Origin: a virus
IMG/VR virus record: IMGVR_UViG_3300028895_000122
DNA length: 64,000 bases
Reading direction: 5' to 3' (one strand)
The position numbers and the translations under genes were made by a program. Position 1 is the first letter of the stretch. The number at the start of each line of letters is the position of its first letter. The notes beneath the pieces are model-generated. The model saw only the letters and a program-made list of their open reading frames with translations, ran no database searches and was not told where the DNA came from. Below are positions 8,136 to 17,431 of the stretch, in pieces.

Positions 8136-10315
8136 GAGATAATTAAGTCATCATCCTGCAATTCTGTAGGTTTAACTTCTATTGTAAATCCGTCTCTATC
8201 AACTATTAAACTATGATCCTCTGTAACGGTTATAGAACTACCATCTTCCATTGTGACCTTGTATAGTTGTTTGGATGTTTTATGACGCATCACATAGTTG
8301 ATCGCTCCAAATACAGCCTCATCTTCATGAGCATTATAACCAAGCACCTTTAGATCATGTTGTGCTTCTGTGGGTATGGCATATTCTTTACCGCCATCTT
8401 GCTCTACCTTGTATTGAATCTGATTGTATAAATCTTCTATGGATATGTTGCCTTTGTTGGTGTTTAATGTAGTATCGCCTGTAACTGAGTCGCCGTATAT
8501 GATGCATTCACCAACATGATCATATTCTCCTGTTAAACATTGATTAACATAAGCGTCCATGTGTTTAGCAATTGCTCGCCCTGTTAACGTTGTGCTTTGT
8601 CCTATCCTAGGGTCAAAAAATCTACAATGTGGGTTTAGGATAGCACCATATAAAGAGTTAAGGTTAATCTTTTTAACGAGTTGTCGTTTATCCCAGAAAG
8701 CAATTTCTTCTTTATCGCTTGCTGTTTTTTTCTTTGCTTGTAATTCTTTACGTTCGGCATACCAACGTTCTAGTAACCCTGGAACAACACCTTTCTTTTC
8801 GTATGTAAAGATGGTACCATTTGCACTTATACACCAATTGGTATTCTCGTTAAATATATGGTCATGTAACTCTTTTGCAGTATGTACGCTTTCTTCGCCG
8901 TTAACCCAATCGACAGTAATTTCTGTATCTGTTCTGCGATCCATAACTGCTGTATATTCCAATGTACCAAACAATCCTTCCCAGGCTGCTGCAAACGAAG
9001 CACCTACATATTTCTTACCATTTCTAAACGTCGGCTCTTGTTTCTTTTTAATGTAGTTGTTGGTCATTATAGGACGTAGTTGTCCTACAATAGTTTCATT
9101 AGCCATGTTCAATGCACGAATAACAGATGGATACAGTGAGTTCAAGTCAACCGACCCAATCCATTTATGTACACCTTTTTTAGGGTATGCTACATAAGCA
9201 CCTGCTGCTTGTGTATCTTCTTTGTCGTGGCGTTTACGATCTGGTACTACCATTCCGCGTTCATGTGCTTCGTTGATGATGGCTTGCTCTGTTACCGCCA
9301 CCGCGCCCATTGTTGTAGGAAGCAATACAGTATTAGCATGAGCTAGTTCGTTTGCTAAATCAAGGAACTTGAGTTTCTCATCCAGTTTAGCAAGTAACGC
9401 AACGTCCTGCCTGTTATAGTCAATAAACGTGTAAAAGTCTTGGTTGTATAGTTGGTCAAGTGTGCCTTCATATTCTACCTTACGCTCGCCAAGTTCATAT
9501 TCACCAATTGCATCTAAGCTATAAGAATGCATTTCGTGATATGTATATTTTCTGTACAGTTGCATATAATCCATATGAACCCTACCAACTGTATCATATG
9601 TAATATGTTCTGCACCAAACCGTTCAAATGTACGTTTCTTAGGTAACATACCCCACAAACATAATCTACGAGTGTCGTCTTTACTTAATACTCGTGTAAT
9701 ACGATTTACTGTGTATGGTATATCAAAGCCTTCGCTGTTCCAGCCGCTATACACGTCGGCGTCTTCGATTATATCCAAAAAGGTTAATAACATATCACGT
9801 TCGTGTTCGAAGATAAATGTATTAGGAAACTCTTTACACATTTCTTGTGCTTCTTCGACTGATAATGTTTTTGGCGGCACCGCCAATGTAATAAGACTTT
9901 CCATCCAATCTAAATATACTGTGATAGCAGTAATCTTATTAAACGGATCGTCTGTTGGTGCAAAACCTTTTTCTTGGTGGAAGTCCACCTCGATATCAAA
10001 AAACGCTGTTTGTAGTTTGGGTGAGTCAACATCTTTATAGTTTGTTTCTATACACCTAAAGATAGGATTAATATCAGATTCAAACAATTGTTGACCTGAA
10101 TGCATTTTAATTTCTTTTTGGAACTCTTTGCCAGTTCTACATGAAAACTTCGATACTGGTGTTCCATAAAGACTTATGTATTTCCCTTTTGCTGATGGGT
10201 AATAAAATACATAGTCGGCAGGATATTCTTTGAATAATCTCTGCCCATCTTTTGATCTTTCTACAATTTTAATACGATCATGTTCACGATCGTGTATAGC
10301 GTCAACATAACTCAT
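8123..10315 (-). CDS. 43: DNA polymerase (family B, gp43) N-terminal fragment carrying an N-intein
   Basis: FFDIEV (Exo I), DLNSLYPS (motif A) and KINLNSLYG (motif B) are present. The extein ends ECIIYGD. A 121-aa SVTGDTTL...VTEDHSLIV... tail follows, then stop. Confidence 0.85.
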   Translation of the reverse strand: MSYVDAIHDREHDRIKIVERSKDGQRLFKEYPADYVFYYPSAKGKYISLYGTPVSKFSCRTGKEFQKEIKMHSGQQLFESDINPIFRCIETNYKDVDSPKLQTAFFDIEVDFHQEKGFAPTDDPFNKITAITVYLDWMESLITLAVPPKTLSVEEAQEMCKEFPNTFIFEHERDMLLTFLDIIEDADVYSGWNSEGFDIPYTVNRITRVLSKDDTRRLCLWGMLPKKRTFERFGAEHITYDTVGRVHMDYMQLYRKYTYHEMHSYSLDAIGEYELGERKVEYEGTLDQLYNQDFYTFIDYNRQDVALLAKLDEKLKFLDLANELAHANTVLLPTTMGAVAVTEQAIINEAHERGMVVPDRKRHDKEDTQAAGAYVAYPKKGVHKWIGSVDLNSLYPSVIRALNMANETIVGQLRPIMTNNYIKKKQEPTFRNGKKYVGASFAAAWEGLFGTLEYTAVMDRRTDTEITVDWVNGEESVHTAKELHDHIFNENTNWCISANGTIFTYEKKGVVPGLLERWYAERKELQAKKKTASDKEEIAFWDKRQLVKKINLNSLYGAILNPHCRFFDPRIGQSTTLTGRAIAKHMDAYVNQCLTGEYDHVGECIIYGDSVTGDTTLNTNKGNISIEDLYNQIQYKVEQDGGKEYAIPTEAQHDLKVLGYNAHEDEAVFGAINYVMRHKTSKQLYKVTMEDGSSITVTEDHSLIVDRDGFTIEVKPTELQDDDLIISIDS
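8126..8488 (-). other. split-intein N-fragment (121 aa) at the C-terminus of the polymerase N-fragment
   Basis: Block A SVTGDTTL follows YGD directly. Block B is TxxH (SSITVTEDHSLIV). Confidence 0.7.
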
Positions 10316-10572
10316 TATTGAGTTCTGCCCACCGTTTCAAGAATTGTTTCAAGCAAATCATAATCTTCCTGTGCTTGATGGAAGTTTGATTTATATGCTG
10401 TATTAATTGCTTTCTTTAATACTGCTGGTTTAACATCCATTTCTTCTGCAATTGCTTTAATGGTGTCAGTAAGGCCGCCACGTAATACTTCGATTTCTCC
10501 AAGTACACCGCAACCCTCATTTACAAGGTGTGTAAGTTTTGCTTTTTCTTCTGAATTGAAAGTTTTAGACAT
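10315..10572 (-). CDS. hypothetical protein
   Basis: First gene downstream of promoter P2. SD TAGGAGAAT. Confidence 0.4.
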   Translation of the reverse strand: MSKTFNSEEKAKLTHLVNEGCGVLGEIEVLRGGLTDTIKAIAEEMDVKPAVLKKAINTAYKSNFHQAQEDYDLLETILETVGRTQ

Positions 10573-10598
10573 GCTATTCTCCTATAATCTAAAGTATA

Positions 10599-10627
10599 AT
10601 TATAGTTGAATAGCTTGGGTATGTCAA
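10599..10627 (-). promoter_or_regulatory. sigma70-type early promoter P2 (TTGACA-N17-TATAAT)
   Basis: Minus strand reads TTGACA tacccaagctattcaac TATAAT, then tatactttagattaTAGGAGAATagcATG. Confidence 0.6.
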
Positions 10628-10628
10628 T

Positions 10629-10892
10629 TTATTTTAGAGGTGTTTGCTCGATTTGGTCTAATCGATTTAAGATATTTTGGATAGTTTCGTCTTGACTATC
10701 TAACTGATGTTGCATAGAAGTAATATCTTGTTCGTCGTCTGATTGTTCATCGTGGTGTAAGTTAGCTAATGCTTCTACATCAGTATCAGCGTGAGCATAC
10801 TTAGCACGAGCCTTTTTGATTGTTCTCGCTGCGTCAGGATTTCGGATAGTTAAGTTGCCTTCGTCTTCGTTTAGGAATTCAAACGATTTCAT
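10629..10892 (-). CDS. hypothetical small protein, paralog family B
   Basis: RTIKKARAKYAHADTDVEAL matches RKGRAKYAYAKSDLEAF of the adjacent gene. Confidence 0.4.
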   Translation of the reverse strand: MKSFEFLNEDEGNLTIRNPDAARTIKKARAKYAHADTDVEALANLHHDEQSDDEQDITSMQHQLDSQDETIQNILNRLDQIEQTPLK

Positions 10893-11179
10893 TTTAGTTT
10901 ATCTACCTTGCGTTGTAATGCTTTAACATCAGCAGTTAAATCCTGAATACGTTTCTTATAGTGATCACTTGAACGTTCTAAGTTATTAATGCGTGTTGCT
11001 TGTTTGTATAGTTCTTTTTCTGTGCCTTTGTAGTCGTCATCGACCATTTTAACAAAGGCTTCCAAATCAGATTTGGCATAAGCATACTTAGCACGGCCTT
11101 TGCGTAATGCAGCCGTAGTCTTAGGATCCATTATGTTAATGGTTGTTTCGTATGCTTCACCTAGGTCAAACAGTTTCAT
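10889..11179 (-). CDS. hypothetical small protein, paralog family B
   Basis: Tandem paralog of 10629..10892. Confidence 0.4.
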   Translation of the reverse strand: MKLFDLGEAYETTINIMDPKTTAALRKGRAKYAYAKSDLEAFVKMVDDDYKGTEKELYKQATRINNLERSSDHYKKRIQDLTADVKALQRKVDKLK

Positions 11180-12348
11180 TAAAATCCTTTTAATCCTATT
11201 GCTTGTGGAGCTGGGTCTAATTCAATGCCCTTACGTCCGGCAACACCTGCTACTTTTTTGATTTGCTGTAATGAATCTCTGCGGCGTTTTGCATCTGGAT
11301 ATTCTTTATATTGTTTTAATAACATAACCCACATTTTTTGTATTTTATCAGCAATGTCTCTTTCTGAACGATGACGATCATCTTGTTTAACTGCTGCACC
11401 TGCAAACTCTGGTTGTGGTTCCCAGTCAAAATCTTCGTTGAGTACAGAGAAGTCATTTAATAATGCAATAGCTTCGACCATCCACTCATCCATTTGTTGT
11501 GGTGCGCCAATGCTGTATGTTACTTCTAATAATTCGTTATAGCATTCTGATAATAAATCATAATCGTTAGATGATTTAACAAAGTTACCTAATTCTCTTA
11601 ACTGTGAAAAAATTTCACGTTTCAATGCATGAACACTACCAGTCTCAGCGACAACGTTTTTGCTTGCTTCTGCAGATTCAAATGCATAACTTATTAAGTC
11701 TCCGCCGTGTAAGTTAGAACGTTTAACTTGAAGTTTTGCTACCTTGTCTTTGCCTAATGCTTGTTTTAAATCTCTAATTAAGTCTTGAGTTGAACCTGTT
11801 TTAGATTTAAGTCTATAGTCTATTCCAGCTTCACCAACTAATTCGTTATCTACAGCTTTTTTAGCAAATGGTTTTGGTTTTTTATTTGTTTCTTTTGTGT
11901 GGAACTCTTTAGATAAACGATCTTTAATATCTTCTTCGGTTTCATCCATGCTGCGTAGAATATCAACTAACGATGGCGACTTTTCAGCAGTAACAACATC
12001 TTCAACTACTTCGTCTTCGTTTTCTTCTTCTTCGCCAACGAATTTACCTTTGGTAGGATGATCCTTTTCAGGTGAATCTAATACTGGTGAAATATTTTTA
12101 GATTTGAATGTTGCATCTGCTTGACCTGCTTTCTTTTGATTGCTATCTAAACCTTCTGCTACTAATTGAGCACTAGGATCTTTAGGAGCAACCTTGTCAA
12201 ACGCACTAAGAATGTTCATCATTGCTTTTGAATCATTATTTTTCGGTGCCGCACTTTGTTCACCAGTCGTTGGGTTAACATTTGGGTTTGAAGTTCCTAC
12301 ATTATTTAAGTTCTGTAGAATGTTTAACATTGCTTTATCTTCTGACAT
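11179..12348 (-). CDS. hypothetical acidic/lysine-rich protein (389 aa)
   Basis: Packed ORF with low-complexity acidic runs. No motif recognised. Confidence 0.4.
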   Translation of the reverse strand: MSEDKAMLNILQNLNNVGTSNPNVNPTTGEQSAAPKNNDSKAMMNILSAFDKVAPKDPSAQLVAEGLDSNQKKAGQADATFKSKNISPVLDSPEKDHPTKGKFVGEEEENEDEVVEDVVTAEKSPSLVDILRSMDETEEDIKDRLSKEFHTKETNKKPKPFAKKAVDNELVGEAGIDYRLKSKTGSTQDLIRDLKQALGKDKVAKLQVKRSNLHGGDLISYAFESAEASKNVVAETGSVHALKREIFSQLRELGNFVKSSNDYDLLSECYNELLEVTYSIGAPQQMDEWMVEAIALLNDFSVLNEDFDWEPQPEFAGAAVKQDDRHRSERDIADKIQKMWVMLLKQYKEYPDAKRRRDSLQQIKKVAGVAGRKGIELDPAPQAIGLKGF

Positions 12349-12369
12349 AATTAAATACCTTTTTTATAT

Positions 12370-12561
12370 TTATCGTTTTATTGTCTTACTACCTAAAACA
12401 TTCTTCTTCATATCTAAGGCATTCTTAACAGTACCATCTGCATTTTTCGCTTGTGGTGCTTCCGGTGCACCATATTTGCCCTTTTTAACTTTTGTTTGAG
12501 GATTTGAGACTGTAGCAATACTACCAGCTGATGTTGCGCCTGCACTTGCAGTTTCGTTCAT
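12370..12561 (-). CDS. hypothetical small protein
   Basis: Track ORF 12370..12612 trimmed to the internal ATG (MNETASAG...), which abuts the stop of the upstream gene. Confidence 0.3.
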   Translation of the reverse strand: MNETASAGATSAGSIATVSNPQTKVKKGKYGAPEAPQAKNADGTVKNALDMKKNVLGSKTIKR

Positions 12562-12565
12562 TATT

Positions 12566-12910
12566 TCATAAATTCGCATGATGTTGTTCTCTTTTAGGAT
12601 TAGCAATACCACTAAGTATTTCTATACCAAAACGTGTGTCAGTGTCTCTTATCATTTTAACACTGTGCTCGCAGTATTTAATTCTTTGGTTTTCAAAACG
12701 GAAATTACTTATATTTGGATTAACTGTTTCTAAATGAATAAACTTTGGTTCATCCATTGGAAACTCAACCTGTATAATTTCAGTAACATATACAGGATCA
12801 TTCCAGACATATTCTCGTTCTGCTAATAATTCGTTATCCGCAAAAATACGATAGGTAGGTGGGATTCCATCCCAGTCACAATATAAATCAACAAGTATTT
12901 TAGCGAACAT
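12566..12910 (-). CDS. hypothetical protein
   Basis: Packed ORF. No motif recognised. Confidence 0.4.
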   Translation of the reverse strand: MFAKILVDLYCDWDGIPPTYRIFADNELLAEREYVWNDPVYVTEIIQVEFPMDEPKFIHLETVNPNISNFRFENQRIKYCEHSVKMIRDTDTRFGIEILSGIANPKREQHHANL

Positions 12911-12936
12911 AATGCTATTTATCGCTAAAATAATGT

Positions 12937-13185
12937 TTACTTTTTAGTAGAGCAATAATATTGAATTAAATCTTTTTCTTTTCTTCTGCGTTGCTTCTTG
13001 CAACTAGTTTTTAATTTTTTCTTTTTGCTAAAAATTCTTCTTCTTTCTGACTTTGTTAGTTCCTTGTCAGTGTCACTATGAGTTACATAGTAGTGAGCTG
13101 AGCATTCTAATTCATCGTGATAATATGATGTAAACTTCTCGCAATACTCGCACTCGGTTTCGGTGATACTGTCATAATCAGTCAT
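12937..13185 (-). CDS. hypothetical Cys-rich protein with strongly basic C-terminus
   Basis: CEYCEKF...C...H motif with a KKKKLKTSCKKQRRRKEK tail. Possible nucleic-acid binding. Confidence 0.35.
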   Translation of the reverse strand: MTDYDSITETECEYCEKFTSYYHDELECSAHYYVTHSDTDKELTKSERRRIFSKKKKLKTSCKKQRRRKEKDLIQYYCSTKK

Positions 13186-13272
13186 TTTGAAACCCCTTTA
13201 AAAGATGTTAAAAGTATTTAGTGAATTATGTATAGAAATACTTAATGTCCGTCCTAAAACATAAATAATAGT

Positions 13273-13947
13273 ATGAAACATTATACTTATATGATTACAA
13301 ATACGTTAAATGATATGCAATATATTGGAGTAAGATCTTGTGACTGTGAGCCCAACGAAGATCAGTATTGGAGTTCAAGTAAATATTTAAAAGAGGATAT
13401 TACTAAATTTGGCATTGAAAATTTCACAAAACAAATTTTGAATATTTGGAATACCAGAGAAGATGCTCTCGAACACGAAATATCTTTACATGAGCAATAT
13501 AATGTATCTACAAATAAATTATTTTATAATAAATCAAAACAAACGTCTGTTGGGTTTGATACAACCGGTATGCCTGGTCCTTGTAATATGCTTGGCAAAA
13601 AGCATACAGAAGAATCGAAACAAAAAATGAGTAAGTCAAAAAAAGGTAAACCCAAAACAACGGAACATAACTTAAAAAACTCTTTATCGCATAGAGGAGA
13701 GAAAAATCCTTTTTATGGTAAGAAGCACACACAGGAATCCATTGAGAAAATTAGAAAAGCATCAACTGGCAAAAATAATCCGATGTATGGAAAACAACAT
13801 TCCGACGAAGTTAAACAAAAGATTTCTCAAATAAACAAAGGTAAGAAAAGAGTTAAAGTAACTTGCCCGCATTGCGGTAAAGTAGGTGGTGGACCTGGGA
13901 TGAAAATGTATCACTTTGATAACTGTAAGGTTAGTAAAAGTATTTAA
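13273..13947 (+). CDS. GIY-YIG homing endonuclease with NUMOD3 repeats (Seg/I-TevI-like)
   Basis: YTYMITNTLNDMQYIGV is a GIY-YIG motif. Repeated GKKHTEESKQKMS / GKKHTQESIEKIR / GKQHSDEVKQKIS are NUMOD3-like. It is a lone plus-strand gene in a minus-strand block. Confidence 0.8.
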   Translation: MKHYTYMITNTLNDMQYIGVRSCDCEPNEDQYWSSSKYLKEDITKFGIENFTKQILNIWNTREDALEHEISLHEQYNVSTNKLFYNKSKQTSVGFDTTGMPGPCNMLGKKHTEESKQKMSKSKKGKPKTTEHNLKNSLSHRGEKNPFYGKKHTQESIEKIRKASTGKNNPMYGKQHSDEVKQKISQINKGKKRVKVTCPHCGKVGGGPGMKMYHFDNCKVSKSI

Positions 13948-15823
13948 TTGATTCCCACCAGTGTTTCCCTTTTGATGGTGCATTCATCCAAGCGGTAAAT
14001 TCCTCCTCGTCGACACCATTGATGAAGTATTCGCGACCACCATGTGTAGTCATCATTACACCTTGACTACCATCTTTAAATTTATAATGATCTAAGTCTG
14101 AAATCCATGACGACCAAACAGGTTCTTCGTTTACCTGTTCTTCTTGTAACTCATCATGTATGATTTTATTTACGGTTTTTTTTAGAGATTCGTTAAGACC
14201 TAAGTGTCTTGATTCTTTACGCATGTTGGCTGGAATACCACCTTTGTCAACATCAAAGCCCATTTTTTCTGCTTCGATTCTAATTTGGTCTGGACCAACA
14301 TCTACTGTTTGATTTTGTTTAGTAATAATACCTACAGCTTCATTCATATTTTTTTTTGATAATGCGTTTCGAAGTTGTTGTATTTCTTTTCGATTACTTA
14401 ATCCTGCTACTTGAGCTGCTTTAAGTAATGCAAATTCTTTTGGAATGTCACGAGATGGATCATTCATAATCTTTATGAATATCTCTGTTGCAGTTTCATA
14501 ATTTTTTTGATGTAGTTTTGAACGTAACCAATCTAATATAAATTCTGGAAACAGAGATAATAACATGTCTGTGCCTATACCTTCGTCAAGTTGTTCGCTA
14601 AACAGGTAAACTGGGATTGAGCGTAATTTAGATTTTACTGCTTTATTTGTTCTATGGTGCCCGTCGATGATGTGCATACCATCTTGGTCTTTATATACAA
14701 CAGGGAAGTCTTCGTAGTCTTGAAATACTGATTCACCACCGCCTGTGTTACTTAACCAATCTTGTGTTGCTTGTAAGTTACGTGGATCAACATGTACTAC
14801 CTTTGGTTTTAAATCTTGTGATTCTATTTTCCAAACTATAGATTCGATATGATTTTTGGCATCCCAATCGTTTGACCAACTTGACGACATTGGCATGTCG
14901 TGTGTGTACATTTCGTCTTCTAATAATTGTTTGGCATTAGCATAATCTTTTGCACGTTCTGCTAAGTCTAATGCACGTTCTATATGCTCTACATCATTCT
15001 TAAAAATCATTGCTACCATTGGGTGGAAGTCTTGTGTGATACGTTTTTGTGCTGGCATTGTTTCTAATCCCATTGCACGTCTAAATGATTCTTCTAACGA
15101 TTCTTGTTCAACATGTTCTAAACTTAATTCTTGATCTTCTAATTCTAATCTACGAGCATATAAACGACCGATGTAACCATGATTACGAAGCATCTTAAAT
15201 GCTAAATTCTCTGGACTGAATTCGCCACCTTCTGCTAATCCTGCTTTGCGATATCTGCGTACAACATCAGCAACATTATCTACGGCATCTAAATCATTCG
15301 ATGCGATGGCATGTAATAATAATTCTTTTAGTTTTTCGTACTTTTCGAATGTTAAATCTTCATCTAAGTTAGCACGTTGTTGAGTTGGTATCTTAATCCA
15401 ATCTTTATTGGCAACACTATAGATACCCATACTAATATGTGGTTGGTTACTGTCTTGAACATATAATTCAACATCAAATCCTTTTACTTTGATATCGTGT
15501 GCATCATTATACTGTGACTTCTTGGCGTTAAATAATTCTGAATATACTTCTGATTGAGTTAATTTTTTAAAATCAACGATAAGATGTAAATCAATATCAC
15601 TATAAGGTGTGTAAGTGAATGCAGCATTAGAACCAGATACTTGTAAGTCTTCGATTACTAAATCTTCGAGACCTAAATGTTCACGGAAGTCATCAGCAAT
15701 GCGTAATAATGCAATACGCACATCAGTCTTCATATCGGTTCCATCCCATAACTCTGGATTGAGTTCATCGTGGAAGTTGATGTGATCGTCTAGTTTCTTA
15801 TTATCTAATTCCGTTAATTTCAT
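13931..15823 (-). CDS. hypothetical 630-aa protein with pol-beta-type nucleotidyltransferase motif and ParB/Srx-like DGHHR motif
   Basis: GSNAAFTYTPYSDIDLHLIV is a GS...DxD NTase signature. HIIDGHHRTNKA is a ParB-like DGHHR motif. The stop overlaps the NMNAT gene start. Confidence 0.4.
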   Translation of the reverse strand: MKLTELDNKKLDDHINFHDELNPELWDGTDMKTDVRIALLRIADDFREHLGLEDLVIEDLQVSGSNAAFTYTPYSDIDLHLIVDFKKLTQSEVYSELFNAKKSQYNDAHDIKVKGFDVELYVQDSNQPHISMGIYSVANKDWIKIPTQQRANLDEDLTFEKYEKLKELLLHAIASNDLDAVDNVADVVRRYRKAGLAEGGEFSPENLAFKMLRNHGYIGRLYARRLELEDQELSLEHVEQESLEESFRRAMGLETMPAQKRITQDFHPMVAMIFKNDVEHIERALDLAERAKDYANAKQLLEDEMYTHDMPMSSSWSNDWDAKNHIESIVWKIESQDLKPKVVHVDPRNLQATQDWLSNTGGGESVFQDYEDFPVVYKDQDGMHIIDGHHRTNKAVKSKLRSIPVYLFSEQLDEGIGTDMLLSLFPEFILDWLRSKLHQKNYETATEIFIKIMNDPSRDIPKEFALLKAAQVAGLSNRKEIQQLRNALSKKNMNEAVGIITKQNQTVDVGPDQIRIEAEKMGFDVDKGGIPANMRKESRHLGLNESLKKTVNKIIHDELQEEQVNEEPVWSSWISDLDHYKFKDGSQGVMMTTHGGREYFINGVDEEEFTAWMNAPSKGKHWWESIKYFY

Positions 15824-16523
15824 CTTCTGCTGCTTCTTGTTCTAATATTTTAATTTGTTTCATGATATCTAAATATCTATTAGCAATATCATCTCTTGAT
15901 TCTGTTAACGGCATTCTAAATAGTGATTCTTCTAATCTAGAAATGCTTTCTGCTAACGATAATTCTTTATCAAATATTTCTTTAATGCGTTCGTTTGGAT
16001 TACCGTATAAGTCTGTGATAACTTTCATACGAGTTTCGTCATCACCTTCGATATACATTTTTCTAATTTCACTAGCACTTTTAATTGATTTACCTAGTAT
16101 TGTAAAGTTAATAGTAGGAGCAACAAAAACATATCCGTGTTCTGACATAGGTGCTAGTTTATTTGTTAGTGGTTGTAAGTAACTTGGGCTTCCATCTTTC
16201 TTTGGTTTGAAACTAATGCGATCAACATCCTTTTGACTTAATGCATAAATTACTGCGGTGTTGTTTGCATCAAATTGACTTGTAACTTCTACAGCATTGT
16301 ACGGGCTTTTAACTTGTACAATCTGTTGAGCAGGAACACCAAGTTCTTGCATCATTACAGTCTTTTGTTCAAAACTAAAAGGACTTGTTACAGGTGCCTG
16401 TTTGCCAGAACTAACCACAAAGACATTATTAGCACCATACTGTTTAACTAACGTTTCGTAGGTGCCTGCATGACCTTTATGAAATGGGTGGAATCGACCG
16501 GGATAAATTACTATTTTACGCAT
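15801..16523 (-). CDS. NadM-type nicotinamide-mononucleotide adenylyltransferase-like protein
   Basis: The N-terminal IYPGRFHPFHKGH equals the GRFQPFHKGH (H/T)xGH signature of archaeal-type NMNAT (NadM) and cytidylyltransferases. Confidence 0.65.
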   Translation of the reverse strand: MRKIVIYPGRFHPFHKGHAGTYETLVKQYGANNVFVVSSGKQAPVTSPFSFEQKTVMMQELGVPAQQIVQVKSPYNAVEVTSQFDANNTAVIYALSQKDVDRISFKPKKDGSPSYLQPLTNKLAPMSEHGYVFVAPTINFTILGKSIKSASEIRKMYIEGDDETRMKVITDLYGNPNERIKEIFDKELSLAESISRLEESLFRMPLTESRDDIANRYLDIMKQIKILEQEAAEDEINGIR

Positions 16524-16546
16524 AATGTAGTATTTATGCGAAAGTA

Positions 16547-16717
16547 TTAATCGTCAGCTGGGTAAATTTCTACTAGTACGCCTTCGCCGGCAAGCTCTTT
16601 TAAAACTGCATCTAAGTTTTCTAAGATGTCTGCTGTTAATACTGTTTGTGTTTCATCATCATCACGTACTAATTTACTGAACTTAATTGTTAATGCGTTT
16701 TCAACTACTTTAGCCAT
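16547..16717 (-). CDS. small acidic protein (56 aa), missed by 60-aa cutoff
   Basis: TGAGGAAatataATG SD context. The ATG abuts the stop of 16718..17431. Protein MAKVVENALTIKFSKLVRDDDETQTVL... Confidence 0.35.
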   Translation of the reverse strand: MAKVVENALTIKFSKLVRDDDETQTVLTADILENLDAVLKELAGEGVLVEIYPADD

Positions 16718-17431
16718 TTATATTTCCTCATTAATTATGTTGTATGTTTTCTTTAAAAGTCCGGGCGCACATATATTAAAAATAGTTTCTATGCCAGGAT
16801 CATTATAGTCAAAGAAAAAATGTTCTTGACAGTATTTACTTGGAAAATTTAACCAACGTTTAAAAGTTCGACATGGTACAACTGTATCGTGATAAATCTT
16901 TAAAAATTGTTTTAGTTTTTGTTTGTGATCGTTTGTTACAATACACGTTTTTAAATAAGTTCTATACTTGTAATCAGAATTTTTTCTAACCAATGAACCC
17001 GAATCGGAATTAATCTTTATTTCTGTTATGCCGGGATCTACTATACCAGGCAATGTTAATAATTCTTCTAAAAACGGTATATTATTCGAATAACAATAAA
17101 AACGGTGTGTTGTAAGAACCAACCGATATTTAAGATCCTGTTCATTGAAGAAGTTAATAAATGAATTTAAGTTTTCTTTTGTGATATCGGTAATCGGTTC
17201 TCTATGCATTGAGCCAACCATACCAAGTGAACGCGGTACATAAAACCCCGAACGTTTATATCTTTCTTTAATTCGTAAGCGTTCATCTAATCCGACACTG
17301 GTTAATCCTCGTACAGAATTAACTTCTTGAAGATACCCACATGCAGACCATTGATACTCATTAAAGAATAGTTTATTGCTTTTCTTTATACTATAATTTA
17401 GGTTTGAATTGGTCCAAGACAATGTATCCAT
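16718..17431 (-). CDS. hypothetical protein
   Basis: Packed ORF. No motif recognised. Confidence 0.4.
   Translation of the reverse strand: MDTLSWTNSNLNYSIKKSNKLFFNEYQWSACGYLQEVNSVRGLTSVGLDERLRIKERYKRSGFYVPRSLGMVGSMHREPITDITKENLNSFINFFNEQDLKYRLVLTTHRFYCYSNNIPFLEELLTLPGIVDPGITEIKINSDSGSLVRKNSDYKYRTYLKTCIVTNDHKQKLKQFLKIYHDTVVPCRTFKRWLNFPSKYCQEHFFFDYNDPGIETIFNICAPGLLKKTYNIINEEI

Noticed and set aside
12566-12612. 47-nt overlap between 12370..12612 and 12566..12910
   Set aside because: Resolved by moving the downstream gene start to the internal ATG at 12561. It is not treated as a frameshift or overlap feature.
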